NCBI RefSeq assembly: GCF_001194135.2
Contig: NC_068981.1
Span: forward strand, 33,712,316-33,776,315
DNA length: 64,000 nucleotides
Direction of reading: 5' to 3'
Source: Octopus bimaculoides
Lineage: Eukaryota
Shown: positions 25,641 through 38,445 of the stretch, one piece after another
How positions within the stretch are numbered: position 1 is the first letter of the stretch
Layout: every line of letters starts with the position of its first letter
Translations under genes and position numbers: made by a program
The notes under the pieces: generated by a model
What the model was told of the DNA's origin: nothing
The model's input: only the letters and a program-made list of their open reading frames with translations
Database searches by the model: none

Positions 25641-28264
25641 TGCCCATGTTAGTTACCCTGCAGCTGTTCAAAGTAGAATATGAACCATATCAGTCTTGCT
25701 GGTTTCAGAAAGCCTACAAAGACCAAGATACTAGTCCAAATAATGATAAAAAAAAAACTAATTCTGAATGATTGGCTTTGAATCATCTTTTCTAAAGTGG
25801 GATTTAGCGTCATGCCAACACCTTCATCCTTATTGACACTACTTATAAAATGTTCAGTATACATACCATAAAGCTTCATGGTATTTATACTAATCACATC
25901 ATGTCCATCCTCCCATGCTTGTATGGGTTGGATGAGTCTAATTTTGAGGCACCATTTTATGGCTAGATGCATACATTGGGATCTTCAGACATTGGGCCTC
26001 ACAGAGGGATGATAGCAGGGGACCGAGACTCCTGGCAGTTTGCTGTGCTTGAGAAGACACATCAAATTAAGTAAAATTGTGGTTGTCCTTGCATACAGGC
26101 ATTCTCTGGCATCCTTCTCCAGTTGAGTGTTCCTCATCTTGTGGGCTTGTGAGTGCTGGTGTCATGTGAAAAGCACCTGTACCGGTGTCGTGTAAATGCA
26201 CCTATGCCAGTGCTGCGTAACAGCATCCAGTACACTCTGTAAAGTGGTTGGCATTAAGAAGGGCATACAGCCATAGAAACCATGCCAAAACAAACATGCA
26301 GCACTTCAGCTGGCCGGCTCCTGTCAGACTGTGCAACCCATGCCAACATAGAAAATGGACGTTAAATGGTGATGATGATAATGATGACGCACTTCTTGTC
26401 ACCAGTCTTTTTAGTCATCTGTTACTACATGCATTCTAAAATCTGTTCTAAAACTGGGATAGACAATAATCCTAATCCCTTCGAGGGAGACCCAGGAAGA
26501 CATGGGATGAAGTACTGAAGGCTGATCTCAAAATCCTGAGCCTTATGACAGAGGACTGAGATATGTGGCACATTGCTGGACTCAAGAAGATCCATCCACC
26601 ACAACAGAATTGATATCCTAAAAACAAGGTGCTATGTAAAAAGCCCTGTTGCTGGTTCCATATAAAAAGCACTGGTGATGGTGTCACGCAAAAAGCACCC
26701 AGTTCACTGTGTAAAGTGGTTTGCATTAGGAAGGGCATCCAGCTATTGAAACCAAGCCAAAACAGATTATGGAACCTGGTGCAGCCACTGGCCTTGCCAG
26801 TTCCTGTCAAGCTGTCCAACCCATGCCAGTATAGAAAACAGATGTTAAATATTGTTGTTTCTAACACAAAGTCACAAAATTTGGATAATGGAGTAGTTTG
26901 TTAAAATGATGCTGGTAGATGTCTGGTAGTTTATTCTTAATCCTGGAAAGATGAAAGCAAAGTTGACCTCAATGGGATTTAAACTCGGAGTGCAAAGGGC
27001 CATAACTAAATACAGCAAGGCATTTTGACCAGCATGCTAAAGATTTGCTACTGGTAGTGGGGAGGATTTCAACTTTTTTGTTTCAAGGACCAAAGACAGG
27101 GAGATCTCCTCTAACATTTTCAGAGTTTCAATTGTTGGTGCAGCTACTGTCTGTCTCTCTCTCTCGCCCTCCCTCTCTCCCTCTGTTTCTGTCTGCCTTT
27201 GTAATTCCTCAGATTAAAAAAAAATCAAGTGATTCTAACTTCCATAAGTGTAACAGCTGAACTTTCTACCCTGCACTATCAGTCTTAGGACTTTTGTCTC
27301 TGTATTTATCATGGGGCACAGTTTTGGAATAGCCATGTGGTTTTGGGAGCATCATTAGACATGTACACTCATACTAGTTCCTCCCAGCCAACCAACCATC
27401 ATTTTTATCCCCTCTGCATTTATCACCTGCCCGTTTTGTATTACAAAAGTGACAAACCAGGAGTCACTGTTGCTGCCAATGTCCTGAGTGTAGCCCTTAT
27501 CTTGTGCTGGTGTATGTCATGTTATCTTTACTTGACTTCTCATCCTTGGTTTCGAAAAACAGACAAATATTACTTTGTGTCCATCTGTAGTTGATAACAA
27601 TCACATTGCCCCACTTATTGGTCAGTTTCCTTTAGTATCTCTTTGAGGGCATACTGTATGCCACTCTGCTTTTCACAAGCCAATAGTATATTACTTTCCT
27701 CCCTGCTTGTTCTTGCACAAATTCCTTGCATTTCCAGAATCTGAGCGTTGTTGTGATGAACTGGTCTTAACCACTGACCATTTCCAATCATACCAGTTTT
27801 TTGTCATCTCTTTGAGGTTCAAAATCCTGAGATTGGCCTTCAGTACTTTGCCACATATCTTCCTGGGTCTCCCTCTTCCTCAAGCTTTATCCATTTAAGT
27901 GATTGGCACTTATATATGATACAAAACACAAAAAAAGAAATTAATACATATATATATATCCTGAGTTACAACTAAGTATAAAAATCAACCACCACAAACC
28001 CTAATACTCAATTTATAAAATTAATAAAATAATATTTCAATAACATTATAAATGTTATTTAAAAATATTATCAAATTATACAACAATTCTCATTCATACA
28101 CATCACATATCCATACTAGTGCAATTTTCTTTCTTGCACACCACATCTGATATACACATATCCAAATTTTTTCTCTGCACATTGACCACATCTAAAAAAT
28201 TTCCTTTAAACAAACAATGTTGATAAAACTACTACTGATGCTACTAACATTGTTATTTGAAAAA

Positions 28265-28310
<46 letters not shown>

Positions 28311-28699
28311 ATTGTTGTTATTTTCATTCAGTATAATGTTGTTATTCAGTATATTGTTGTTATTTTCATTCAGTATAAATCAATATAAATCCCACATTCT
28401 GTTACAAAATCATTTTCTTCACTGTGTGTGACTTTGTTTATTTGTTGTTATCATTTTTTTTTACCTGGAGGCATATTTGTTCATGTTAGAGCAACTCCCA
28501 CTGTGGCAAGCATCTCTTACTGCTACCCTAAACACAAACCTTATTTTTTTCCTCTCCAAAATCTGTAAATAATCCCCAAAAACTTTCTTGAATTAAATCC
28601 ATGCATTATAAATCTAGTTCTTCTATGGAGCTAATTTGAGCAGATCCGTCTATTTAACACAATGCATATAGTATTAAATACAATTGTTTTTAACATAGG

Positions 28700-29320
28700 T
28701 GCACGGATAGAAATTTTAGGAACTTGTCAGTCAACCTCCATGTGTGTTTTGTACTTTATTTCATTGACCCTGGAGGACTGAAAGGTGAAGTAAACCTCAG
28801 CAGGATTTGAACTCAGAACTTAAAGGGCCATAACTAAAAACTGTAAAGCATTTTGTGTAACGTTCCAAAGAGTTTGCCAATCTATTGCTCTTAATAATTA
28901 TAATAATGATCGTTTCAAATTATGGCACAGGGCCAGCAGTTTTCGTGGGGAGGGGCTAGTCAATTACATTGATCTCCAGTGCTGAACTGGTATGTATTTT
29001 ATTGATCCCGGAAAGATGAAAAACACAGTCAACCTTGGTGGAATTTGAACTCGGAATGTGTAGCCAAAAGAAATGCTAACAATTCTGCCAGGTTGCTGCC
29101 TTCTTATTAACAAAAATAACAATCCTTTCTATTTTTGAGGGAGGGGACTGGTCGATCACATCGACCCCAGTATTTCGCTGGTACTTAATTTATCAACCCT
29201 GAAAGGATGAAAAGTAAAGTCGACCTCGGCGGAATTTGAACTCAGAACGTAGCGATGGGTGAAATACTGCTAAGCATTTCGTCCAGCATGCTAACAATTC
29301 TGCCAGCTCACCGCCTTAGA
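28700..29320 (-). mobile_element. Three tandem copies of tRNA-derived SINE family B
   Basis: Repeated GATTTGAACTC.GAA...GCATTT blocks at about 28800, 29040 and 29235; family also at 2425-2560, 26900-27060, 32530-32750, 34250-34460, 45290-45410, 59430-59580. Confidence 0.8.
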
Positions 29321-29992
29321 TAATGATAATAATAATGATCATAATGATCATTAAAAACAGTAGAAGTGTAACCTTAGATAATTTTGGCTGCTATTTGTAG
29401 CAGGTCAGTATTTTCTTGTTGAGGATGTCCAATATTCATGGATATAGCACAAACATGGCCATGTGGTTAAGGAGTTTGCTTCATGACCATGTGGTTTTGG
29501 GATTTCTGCTGTGTAACACTATGAGTAGATGTCTTCCCCTATAACCTCAAGCTAACCAATATGCTGTAAAGAATTTGACTAACAGAAACTGTACAGAAGC
29601 CTTTGTACATTTATGTGTTTGAATCATCTTAGTGTACTGTGTGCTGCATACAATGTAGCAGCCATATACGCTGTGTTGTTAGTGTACATGTTATAAAACC
29701 ATATTCAGCCACTTGAGAAGTAGCCCTTTATGTGGTAACAGGTGAAAGTTGGTAGCCAGCAGGACATAGAAAAAAAATCAACCTTCAAAAACAATGATGT
29801 TGAATGTATAAATTCAGATTAAAGATTGTTTGCCAACATAACATGGCAGACCTGGTTTAGGATGAATGTTGCTGTAATTTAGCCCCAGAATCTTTACTCC
29901 AAAGTACTGTTGCTGAATATCTCTCATTGTGAGATTTACAAATAGTAATTTTCTAATAGATTCAGATGTTTATAAAAAATTCTTCTGTTTAA

Positions 29993-30212
29993 CCCGTTTG
30001 TTACCAACCTGGCTGAAACCGGCTCTGGCTCTGAGTACAAATGTCTTGTTTTCGTAACTTTTGAATTAAAATCTTCCACCAAACCTGAGTCACAATTTAT
30101 GTTCCTAACACTAGCTGAATGATAACTAAGTTATTTTACTAAATTCTTTGTTATATTTAAAGTAATCGAAAGAAACTCAGAGCATCTCGGCAGAAATACA
30201 GTAACAAAAGGG
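29993..30212. mobile_element. 220-bp piggyBac-like MITE
   Basis: TTAA|CCC...GGG|TTAA; aligns along its length to 17256-17475. Confidence 0.85.
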
Positions 30213-30932
30213 TTAAGCCTTTTTCCAGCCTTGGTTTTGGTTGCAACCTTGCTTCAGCATGTTTGTATATTTATGGCAAACAAGTTGTAGTCTTGGTTTT
30301 TCACATAATTGTTATGGCAGTTGTCTTCACAATCAAACATATGATGCTCATCATCACACATTGATAAACCTACTATTGTTGTTATATAATGACTAGGAAT
30401 CCTTGACTTCTATAGGCATTGTTTTGATTGCTCCATCCATTTTACCTTCAGAGAATCTAGTTCATATTTACTTATTTTGTATCATAGATGATGTATAGTG
30501 ATGATGGCAATTTCTAACATAAGCACAAGACTAGAAATCTGAGTGAGGAGGCAGTCAGTTAAAACAATACCTGAGGGATGAAAGATAGCATTGATCTTAG
30601 TGCAATATGAGCTCAGAATGTAAAAAGCCAGCAGAGCAAATACTGCAAGGCATTTTGTATGACAATTGAAATTCTACTGTAGAATCATGTTTAATTTATT
30701 TCTTAGTAATGAGGTAATAAAAATAATAAAATTGCAATTGCATACATTTACTTCAATCTAGACTTGATCACTTCAGTATGATATCAAACTCAAGAATATT
30801 TATGAAACTCAATAAAGTCATTGTTTCTTTTTGTCTTTTTAAATCTGTTAAGATGGATTTAGTTTTACAAATCAGAAAGGTAGCAAGGGAGTGTGTGAGA
30901 TATATATGTATGTATATATATATATGTGTATG

Positions 30933-30964
<32 letters not shown>

Positions 30965-32529
30965 ATACATTGAAATACTGTTCGCATGTGTGGGACAGTA
31001 ATGCTGTTGCACACATGGATATCTTAGATCGCATCTTAAAAAAACGTCATTCAATTGATCAGCACTGATCTACTCACTTATATATTGCTTTCAATAATGC
31101 ACAGATGCATGGTTTCCCCTCTTTGGCTCTTCTGCTGTGTCTACTTCCCTGAACTAGCTGGCTGTACACCCCCTTTACTATCTCTTCAATCTCAATATGT
31201 TTTATTTCCCTAACACCACACACAAAGTTTTTAGTCTTTTTCCTTTCCTTTCCAGAACTATAATCTTTTGGAATTTCATCACTATTTGTGTTTTTCCTGC
31301 ACATATTGATGTACAAATGTTCAAGCCGAACATCAACTGTATAATTCTGTTCTGTCTGGGAAGACATGTAAAAGTTTAACTTACTTTTTAAGAAAAAACA
31401 TTTAGTTTGATGTGTGGTTGTTGATTGTTTTGTCAATAATTCTAATACATTTTGATAAAACAGGAAGGAAACAAATATTGCTCATGAAAATAGAAAATGT
31501 TTGGGTAATTACAGTTGCCCTTCAGCTATAGCAATTAATGTTGTTTTGTAGAATGTTTTCCATGCTTGAATGAGTTGGATGGGTCAGCATTATAGAATTT
31601 CTTTTACTTTATTCTGTCCTTATTGATTTCTGTAAACTCCTGATCTATAAAGGTCACTTCTTATAACCTCATTCTATGTCTTCCCTAGCTTACCTTTGCT
31701 CTGGTTATCATTAATTGTCAATCTGACATTTGTTCCAATTATTGAATTCCCACGACTACATTTCTTTTAGTACACAACATAGCTAGCTTATTGTTTGCAC
31801 TTCTTTCCAGCTGTTACAAGTTTCTTTGCTTTATTGTGTAACTCTCAGTACCGGTTAAGTTTTTAATAGAATCTACTAAGCTTGTCTCTTGCAAACATAG
31901 TTTAATCTTTTGATACCAGCCTGTCTAAGATCACCTCTCAATCTTTGATAGAAAAGAATATTTTAAAGTATTCATGTTTGAATAAAAACATTCTGTCATA
32001 ATTTTATGAAAAAATCTTTTGGAGAGTATTATTCTTAATACTAGCTTTAATATACCTGTGAGTGAAAAAGTAATCAAACAAATCAACCCCTGTACTTGTT
32101 TTATTTTTTTGTTTGTAGGTCTTGTACTTACTCTATCAGCTCTTTTGCCAAACTGCTAAGTTACAGGGATTTAAACAAATTAACATCAGTTGTCAAGTGG
32201 TGGTGGGACACACACACACATGACAGGTTTCTATCAGTTTCCGTCAACCAGGTCCACTCACACATCTTTGGTCAACCTAGAGCTCTTGTAGAAGACACTT
32301 ACCCAAAGTGCCATACAGTGGGACTGAACCTGAAACTATGTGGCTGGGAAGCAAACTTCTTACCACACAGCTACACCTGCTCCTCCTATGTGGAGATAAC
32401 TAAAAATACTTATTGGAGAAAAATAAGTTGAGATGATTTATTAAAAGAGTAGAGTATTACTCATCATATAACAGGTAATAATAGTTGTTAATATCAGGGA
32501 ATGCTACATAGATACATTTATAATAATTT

Positions 32530-32750
32530 TAAGGCAGCGAGCTGGCAGAATCGTTAGCACGCCGGGCAAAATGCTTAGCGGTATTTCAACTGTCTTTACG
32601 TTCTGAGTTCAAATTCTTCTGAGGTCAAATTTGCCTTTCATCTTTTCGGGGTTGATAAATTAAGTACCAGCTGCATATTGGAGACGATCTAATCAACTGC
32701 CCCTCCTCCCCAAAAATTTTGTGCCTTGTGCCTAGAGTAGAAAACAATTA
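32530..32750 (+). mobile_element. SINE family B
   Basis: GGCAGCGAGCTGGCAGAATCGTTAG head, B-box-like GAGTTCAAATTC. Confidence 0.8.
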
Positions 32751-32994
32751 TAATAATTTTACATTTTTCTAATTTCATGGCTGCTGAATACTTATTTTCA
32801 AAATAAATATATTTATTTATTTATTGAAATGAAATTAAAACTAATTCCTCATTTCTATATTTGCAAGAAGTATATATTATTATAAATAACAATAATCTAT
32901 ATATTAATACCATAGTACATTCCTGCCTACAGTTTGCCATTCTAAGGGAAATAACTCAAATGGTTATAATGAAACAGATGGTAGTTATGGTGGT

Positions 32995-33320
32995 GATGAA
33001 GGCACTTAGCTTAATGTTTAGGGTAGTCCGCTCATAATCATAAGGTCATAAGTTCAATTCCTGGCAACATGTGTCCTTCAACAAGACACTTTATTTCACA
33101 TTATTCTAGTCTACTCAGCTGGTGAAAATGAGTTGTACCTGAAATTCAAAAGGACCAGCCTTTTCATATTCTGTGTCACACTGAATCTCCCTGAGAACTA
33201 CGTTAAGGGTACACATGACTGTGGTGTGCTCAGCCACTTGCACGTTAATTTCATAAGCAGGCTGTTCCTTGCATTGAGTCAACTGCAATCCTCATTGTCA
33301 TAACCAATGGAGTTATGGTG
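32995..33320 (+). mobile_element. SINE family C
   Basis: tRNA-like head with AAGTTCAATTCC; body reverse-complementary to 42190-42385. Confidence 0.7.
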
Positions 33321-34894
33321 GTGAAAGCATTAATAATGATGAATGGAAAAAGATAGAGTGCAAGAGAGAGAGAAAGAGAGAGAGAGAGATGTAGTGGAAT
33401 ATACAAATAGGGAAATTGCATTAATGTTATAGAAAATAATGGTGGTGGTGGTGTTTATATTGAAATGTCAGAAAGAAGGAATTATAAAAGAGAGATAGAT
33501 AATGCTAGCTTGAAAAGAGAAAGAGAGAGAGAGAAAACTTAAGTGTGTGTATATGACAGGATTCAAAGATGTGAAAGACTGAATAAAAGTGGGAGTTAAT
33601 GTAAACATGCAAAAGAAAATGGAAGTGATAGCAGGGTACACAGTATTAGATGTAACAAAGTTTGTAATGTCACTGCCTTTAGTTGTCTTATTCTCTCACC
33701 TCACTTCCCTTTCTGCATTTGTGTAAGTATATTTGAAGTGGATCTTAAAATATTAAATAATGGTTAATTGAAAATTAGCTATGTGCATGCTAAGATCTGT
33801 ATATATTTATGTATGTGTGTGTGTGTCTATGTATATGTATAAGGCAATTACAATAAATACGGAGATTAATTCATCTGCATATTTTTATGTAAAAAGCACC
33901 ATTTGAGTGTGGCCAGTGCCAGTGCCGCCTGACTGGCACGTAAAAAACACCCACCATGCTCTCAGAGTGGTTGGTGTTAGGAAGGACATCCAGCTGTAGA
34001 AACTTTTGCCAAATTAGATTGGGGCCTGGTGCAGCCTCCTGGCTTACCAGTTCTCAGTCAAACCATCCAACCCATGCCAGCATGGAAAGCAGACATTAAA
34101 TGATGATGATGATGTGTGTGTTATATAAGGTTTCAAATAACTGGAATTTTTACAGGTTCCGCTAATAATGTTATCAATTAATTACAGGCGTAGCACTATT
34201 TGTTATTACACATAATAGCAAAAATATAATGTCAGAAGAATAATTATGATTTCTGATGTAGACACAAGGCCAGCAGTTTTGATGGGAGGGGATAAATTGA
34301 AACTTCCAATTCCAATACTTGACTGGTACTTTATTTTATCAACCCCAGAAGGAGAAATGACAATGTTGATCTTGGTAGGATTTGAATTCAGAACTGAAAG
34401 ACTCAGAAGAAATACATATAATTAGGCATTTTGTTCAATGCTCTAATGATTCTGCTAGCTTTCTTCTCAATTAGTAAATAGCTATAAATTTGGGGAGGGA
34501 TGCCGTCAACTGAATATTTTGGGTGTCATTGTTCTTTACCCCGACTCAGCCTGATGAAACAAACCTATGATAAACGCATTCTGGGTGTCATTCAATTTTT
34601 ATGTACATCCATGACTTCTTTATCTTGTGCATCCTTCCTTTTTTTGTGTCTTTTGAGGACATTTAGCTACTATATTTAGCAGGCTGCACAACCATATAAA
34701 GGCTCTTTCATTGACTCAAGAACCTTCCTCATTGGCTTAATCTGTCTGGGGTTGTTAATATTAGTACTGGTTCCATTCATTATTATTCCTTCCCTGCAGA
34801 CATCTGACCTTGTGCTTTACCAAGAAGATATATCAATAATGGATAGGTTATATGTAAACATTTTCCTACCAACAATTCTATGTCTGTAAATAGA

Positions 34895-35270
34895 ACTTTC
34901 AATTCTGAGTTCAGATTCCGCTGAGGTCGACTTTGCTTTACATTCTTTCGGGCTAGATAAATTTAGCTCCAGTGAAACACTTGGGTCAATGTAATTGACT
35001 TGTCCCCTCCTCCAAAATTTCGGGCCCTGTGCTTTTAGTAGAAAGGATTATTTAGGCAGTGAGCTGTCAGAATCATTAGCACACAGGGCAAAATGCTTAG
35101 CAGCATTTTGTCTGTCTTTATGTTCTGAGTTCAAATCCTGCTGAGGTTTATTTTGCCTTTCATCATTTCAGGGTTGATGAAATAAGTACCATTTATGCAT
35201 TGGGGTCAATGTAATTGACACACCTCCCTCCCCCAAAATTTCAGACCTTGTGCCTGTAATAGAAAGGATT
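34895..35270 (+). mobile_element. Two tandem copies of SINE family B
   Basis: Units about 34895-35050 and 35055-35270, each ending CTTGTGC...GTA.AAAGGATTATT. Confidence 0.8.
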
Positions 35271-35953
35271 ATTATTATTATTATTATTTTATGTTTGACT
35301 TATGCTTTGCATTTGTACAAGTTGGCTCCAAATCTCACCCAGAGATCTCAAGAGACAACAAGTTAGAAGTTCATGTTGGTGTTATGCTTAGGGTGCCATA
35401 TATTTGGTTTGGTACATAGTGTTTTTCTAGAGAATGTTTAAGAAACCATAAGAAAATTATGTGTTTGTTTTAAAATTTGAGATTACATAGAAAGTATTTT
35501 GCGTAGGATATGGGCAGTTCCCATGAGCACTATCTTTTGAATTTCTGCCATTTTGAGGTTTCATGGTATCTGAGCTAGGTAGCAATCAGCCNNNNNNNNN
35601 NNNNNNNNNNNNNNNNNNNNNNNNNNNNNNNNNNNNNNNNNNNNNNNNNNNNNNNNNNNNNNNNNNNNNNNNNNNNNNNNNNNNNNNNNNNNNNNNNNNN
35701 NNNNNNNNNNNNNNNNNNNNNNNNNNNNNNNNNNNNNNNNNNNNNNNNNNNNNNNNNNNNNNNNNNNNNNNNNNNNNNNNNNNNNNNNNNNNNNNNNNNN
35801 NNNNNNNNNNNNNNNNNNNNNNNNNNNNNNNNNNNNNNNNNNNNNNNNNNCCAGAGGTGTGAGATGTGATCATTTTCAAGTACTGGGGGTGGTTTGTGTT
35901 CCCACCAGTTTTTATCATGGGGCAAGTCCAGATTTTTGCAAATTACCCAGTGA

Positions 35954-35955
<2 letters not shown>
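35270..35955 (-). mobile_element. 3' fragment of R4/Dong-like RLE retrotransposon spanning a gap, with (TTA)n on both sides
   Basis: On -: WWEHKPPPVLENDHI..LW before the gap and EIQKIVLMGTAHILRKILSM* after it; related to 1060-2070. Confidence 0.8.
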
Positions 35956-36014
<59 letters not shown>

Positions 36015-37165
36015 CATCTATAAAATGATTTCAATGAAAGTAAGGAATTTTATTGGAAATATTTGTATTATTGGAAAGGCAGTAATGCTTGTAGAAAAAA
36101 AAATCAATAGTGTAACTGGACATTGACTATAGAAATACTTGATTTGTTGTTGTAGCTGGCAGTCTTTTTGTTGTTGTTGTTATTTTTAGAGGATTGAAAT
36201 AGGAACTTAATAATATTCATATTTTTTTTAAGACTTGGCTTGGAATGGTTACAGAGTTTGTTTCATGACAAAGTAGTTTTCAGTTCAATCTCACAGTGTG
36301 GCAATCTTGTGCAAGAGTCCTCTACTATAATCTTTGGCTAACCAAAGCCTTGTGAGTGTAATTAATAGACAGAAACTATATGGAACCCTATCATATCAGC
36401 TTAATAACTGGTGTTGGTGTGTTTACATCCCCATAACTTACCGGTTCAGCAAAAGAGACCGATAGAATACATACCAGGTTTAAAAAGAAAAAGGACTAGG
36501 ACTGATTCCTTTGACTAAAAATTCTTCAAGATGGTGCCCCAGCATGGCTGCAGTCTAATGACTGAAACTAGTAAAAGATAAAAAATAAAAAAAATTATTA
36601 TATGGTGCCAAGACAATGGTACACAAAACCATACACACACATACATACACAAATAACAGCTTCTTTCACTTTCTGTTTATCAAACCCACTCACAAGACTG
36701 GTTAACCTAAGGTGTAACATGGTGGAACTGAACCCAAGCTCACATGGATGGGAAGCAAACTTCTTAACCACACAGCTATGTCTGCACCTTATATATATAT
36801 AAATAGTTGTAACAGTGATTGTGTTGCAACAGTGATTTGTAGATAAAAACATGCAGGTAAAATAAGGGGGATTATGAGGGACGGAAGAGAAAACAAACAA
36901 ATAAATAATATATGATGTTATACAAGTAAAACAAATTGTAGATAGGTGTAGGAATACGAAATGAAACAATGAAATCAAAGACTGTGTTCAATGAAAATGA
37001 ATGTGCTAAGTAAAAGGAATAAAAGGGGATCTAACACCTTGGGGTTATACTTTGTATTAAGGAGAAGTAAAACATAAGAGAATTGAAGAAAAAGAAATGG
37101 AAATGTTACCATTTTTACATCATCTGTTTACATTACAGGTGTTATAAAATCAGTATTCATCACCA

Positions 37166-37255
37166 TGAAGGCGCATGGCTCAGTGGTTAGAGCGTCGAAC
37201 TTATGATCGTGAGGTTGTGAGTTCGACGCTCTAACCACTGAGCCATGCACCTTCA
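37166..37255. repeat. 90-nt hairpin (35-bp stem, 20-nt loop) from a tRNA-SINE head
   Basis: 37166-37200 vs reverse complement of 37221-37255: 34/35. Confidence 0.93.
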
Positions 37256-37892
37256 CATAGTGATAATACTATATAGCTATATAGTAATACTCTGCCTTAC
37301 TATATAGGGATATTGCTCTTCCTGTTTACAGTGGTGAGGACTGTTTACAGCTTAGCAGACTGAGCTTTTGAGATTCTGAGAGATGTTTTACTCACGCAGC
37401 ATACATTAGTGACTAGATATGACCAGCTGATCAACTATGATTTTTAGATATTTAGTACAAGCAAGTAAGTTCATGTTAGTGGAGTTTATTATTCAGTTTC
37501 ATCTAGTGTATGGAGGAAAGGTAGCTTTAATAGCCAAGGCTTTAAACTAGTAATTCCAAGGGTTCAAGATTGAGAAAATGTCATAAACAGTACTGGATAC
37601 ATTCTTCTATCTGATCCACCAAAATTTAATTGAAATATGTCTCTCTCTCTTCAAAAGTTAGAAGTATCTAATTTAGTTGTAGTAAAGCATGTCACTCTCA
37701 TTGTAATTTAAGTTAGAACTATCACTCAAGCAATGCACTCACTTAATTGAATTATATGTGATACTCCCACTCCAGTAGCTCACCTTCCTCAGGTCAGTCA
37801 TGTGTAACACTCCCAGGCAGAACTAAGCTATAGGTTACCTCTAATTTTATTGACCTTAGGATGGACATCTATTAATTTGAAGATCTATTTAA

Positions 37893-38106
37893 CCCTTTAA
37901 CATTAACATTACTCTTTCAAATGTAATGCTTGTTTAGTCACATTGTTTTGAAATTAATCATGCATTATCTTGTAGCTTTGAGATTTTGATGATGTGACTT
38001 TATTTTGAGAATGACTTTGTTGGGTAGGTATGATGGGCTGGATCTGGCCTTGTTTGAACATAAAACATATTTTGGGCCAGATACGGCCAGTTTAAATGCT
38101 AAGGGG
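37893..38106. mobile_element. piggyBac-like MITE, second subfamily
   Basis: TTAA|CCCTTTA...TAAGGGG|TTAA; partial relatives near 17480-17640, 47890-48140, 57975-58170, 63612-63720. Confidence 0.75.
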
Positions 38107-38124
38107 TTAATTAATGTATGTTCA

Positions 38125-38445
38125 TGGCACGTGTAAAGACATTTGAGTGAGATCGTTGCCAGTGCCATTGGACTGGCTCCTGTGCAGGTGGCACGTAAAA
38201 TACACCATTTTGAGCATGGCCGTCGCCAGTACCGCCTGACAGGCCTTCGTGCCGGTGGCACATAAAAGCACCCACTACACTCTCTGAGTGGTTGGCGTTA
38301 GGAAGGGCATCCAGCTGTAGAAACTCTGCCAAATCAGATTGGAGCCTGGTGTAGCCATCTGGTTCACCAGTCCTCTGTCAAATCGTCCAACCCATGCTAG
38401 CATGGAAAGCGGTCGTTAAACAATGATGATGATGATGACGATGAG
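38125..38445 (+). mobile_element. RTE-related short repeat with (GAT)n tail
   Basis: Family copy; other + copies near 26150-26390, 26640-26850, 33895-34115, 40965-41185. Confidence 0.88.

Noticed and set aside
30250-30410. Cys/His-rich open stretch on - (CDDEHHMFDCEDNCHNNY) as a partner exon for 31078-31355
   Set aside because: Weak acceptor, phase does not match the upstream donor, no homology
38111-38332. Recurring ORF LAEFLQLDALPNANHSESVVGAF (also 43416, 52968, 58242), resembling a gene family
   Set aside because: It is the antisense translation of the dispersed RTE-related repeat, with variable frameshifts among copies
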